DNA of 35,642 bases, from positions 1 to 35,642 of the forward strand of contig CANKOL010000009.1 of the NCBI GenBank assembly GCA_947483975.1, written 5' to 3'. A program made the translations under genes and the position numbers. Of the stretch, positions 35,217-35,642 are shown piece after piece. The DNA is from Sandaracinaceae bacterium. Lineage in GTDB: Bacteria > Myxococcota_A > Polyangia > Polyangiales > JADJQN01. The number at the start of each line of letters is the position of its first letter. Within the stretch, counting starts at the first letter, position 1. A model generated the notes under the pieces. That model was not told the DNA's origin and ran no database searches. It was given only the letters and a program-made list of their open reading frames with translations.

Positions 35217-35642
35217 TCAGTGGCCGTAGCGCGGATCGCGAGGGCGCAACGCCAGCGCATCGCGGATCTGACCGTAGCGGCTGGCGAGCGACGCGGGTGT
35301 GACGCCGTAGCGTCTTGCGACGGCCGTCTGCGTCACGCCGCCCATGCCTTGGGCCAGTGAGAGCGCGTACTCCACCGCAGCGGCGCATACGGCGGGCTTG
35401 CTCACGCGCGGGCGCAAAGCGTCCCGGAAGTCACGCCACAGCGCGTGCGCGAGGTCGAGTTGCCTCGCGGTGAAACCGGCCTCCCGCATCCCGATGTCGA
35501 GGAGCACATCGACCGCTTGCCACGAGGGCTCGGCGGCTGTGGCCACGCCCGCCGCGTCAGCCGCGGCGAGCGCGTGGTCGAGCAGTCCCTCGACGCTCTC
35601 CCCGGCCACGCTGCGCTGCGTCGCGGCGGCGACGCTCGCGCC
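35217..35642 (-). CDS. 3' part of a gene with a C-terminal helical/HTH domain (start beyond the window)
   Basis: LWRDF...KPAVCAAAVEY...VTQTAVARRYGVTPASLASRYGQIRDAL...DPRY; frame open to the window edge. Confidence 0.7.
   Translation of the reverse strand, partial: GASVAAATQRSVAGESVEGLLDHALAAADAAGVATAAEPSWQAVDVLLDIGMREAGFTARQLDLAHALWRDFRDALRPRVSKPAVCAAAVEYALSLAQGMGGVTQTAVARRYGVTPASLASRYGQIRDALALRPRDPRYGH

Overview
High-GC window that looks myxobacterial (Polyangiales-like; inferred from gene content, no database search run). From left to right: (1) a 3'-truncated minus-strand gene missing from the ORF track, encoding HARE-HTH/wHTH domains, a long charged disordered linker and an apparently inactive Mrr-like fold; (2) a PHA-system protein, a stand-alone ddl, an enoyl-CoA hydratase and a PEGA protein; (3) a type IV pilin locus with a pilR-like sigma54 activator (no pilS beside it), four tandem pilins, a PilG-like TPR gene and a fifth pilin. 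Two pilins are near-identical and three have their own sigma54 promoter; paired enhancer-like palindromes and a duplicated terminator are also visible; (4) a membrane Ser/Thr kinase with PEGA domains, a NAGPA-like phosphodiester glycosidase with its own sigma54 promoter, and a Cys-rich lipoprotein; (5) a 3,415-aa AgmK/GltI-like TPR protein with a TPR lipoprotein, divergent from an exported HEAT protein and a beta-propeller/TonB_C-like lipoprotein with PWW-motif proline repeats; (6) a DUF4388/J-domain gene and a partial HTH gene. Several promoters sit directly against start codons, which suggests leaderless translation. No rRNA, tRNA, CRISPR array or transposase was seen.
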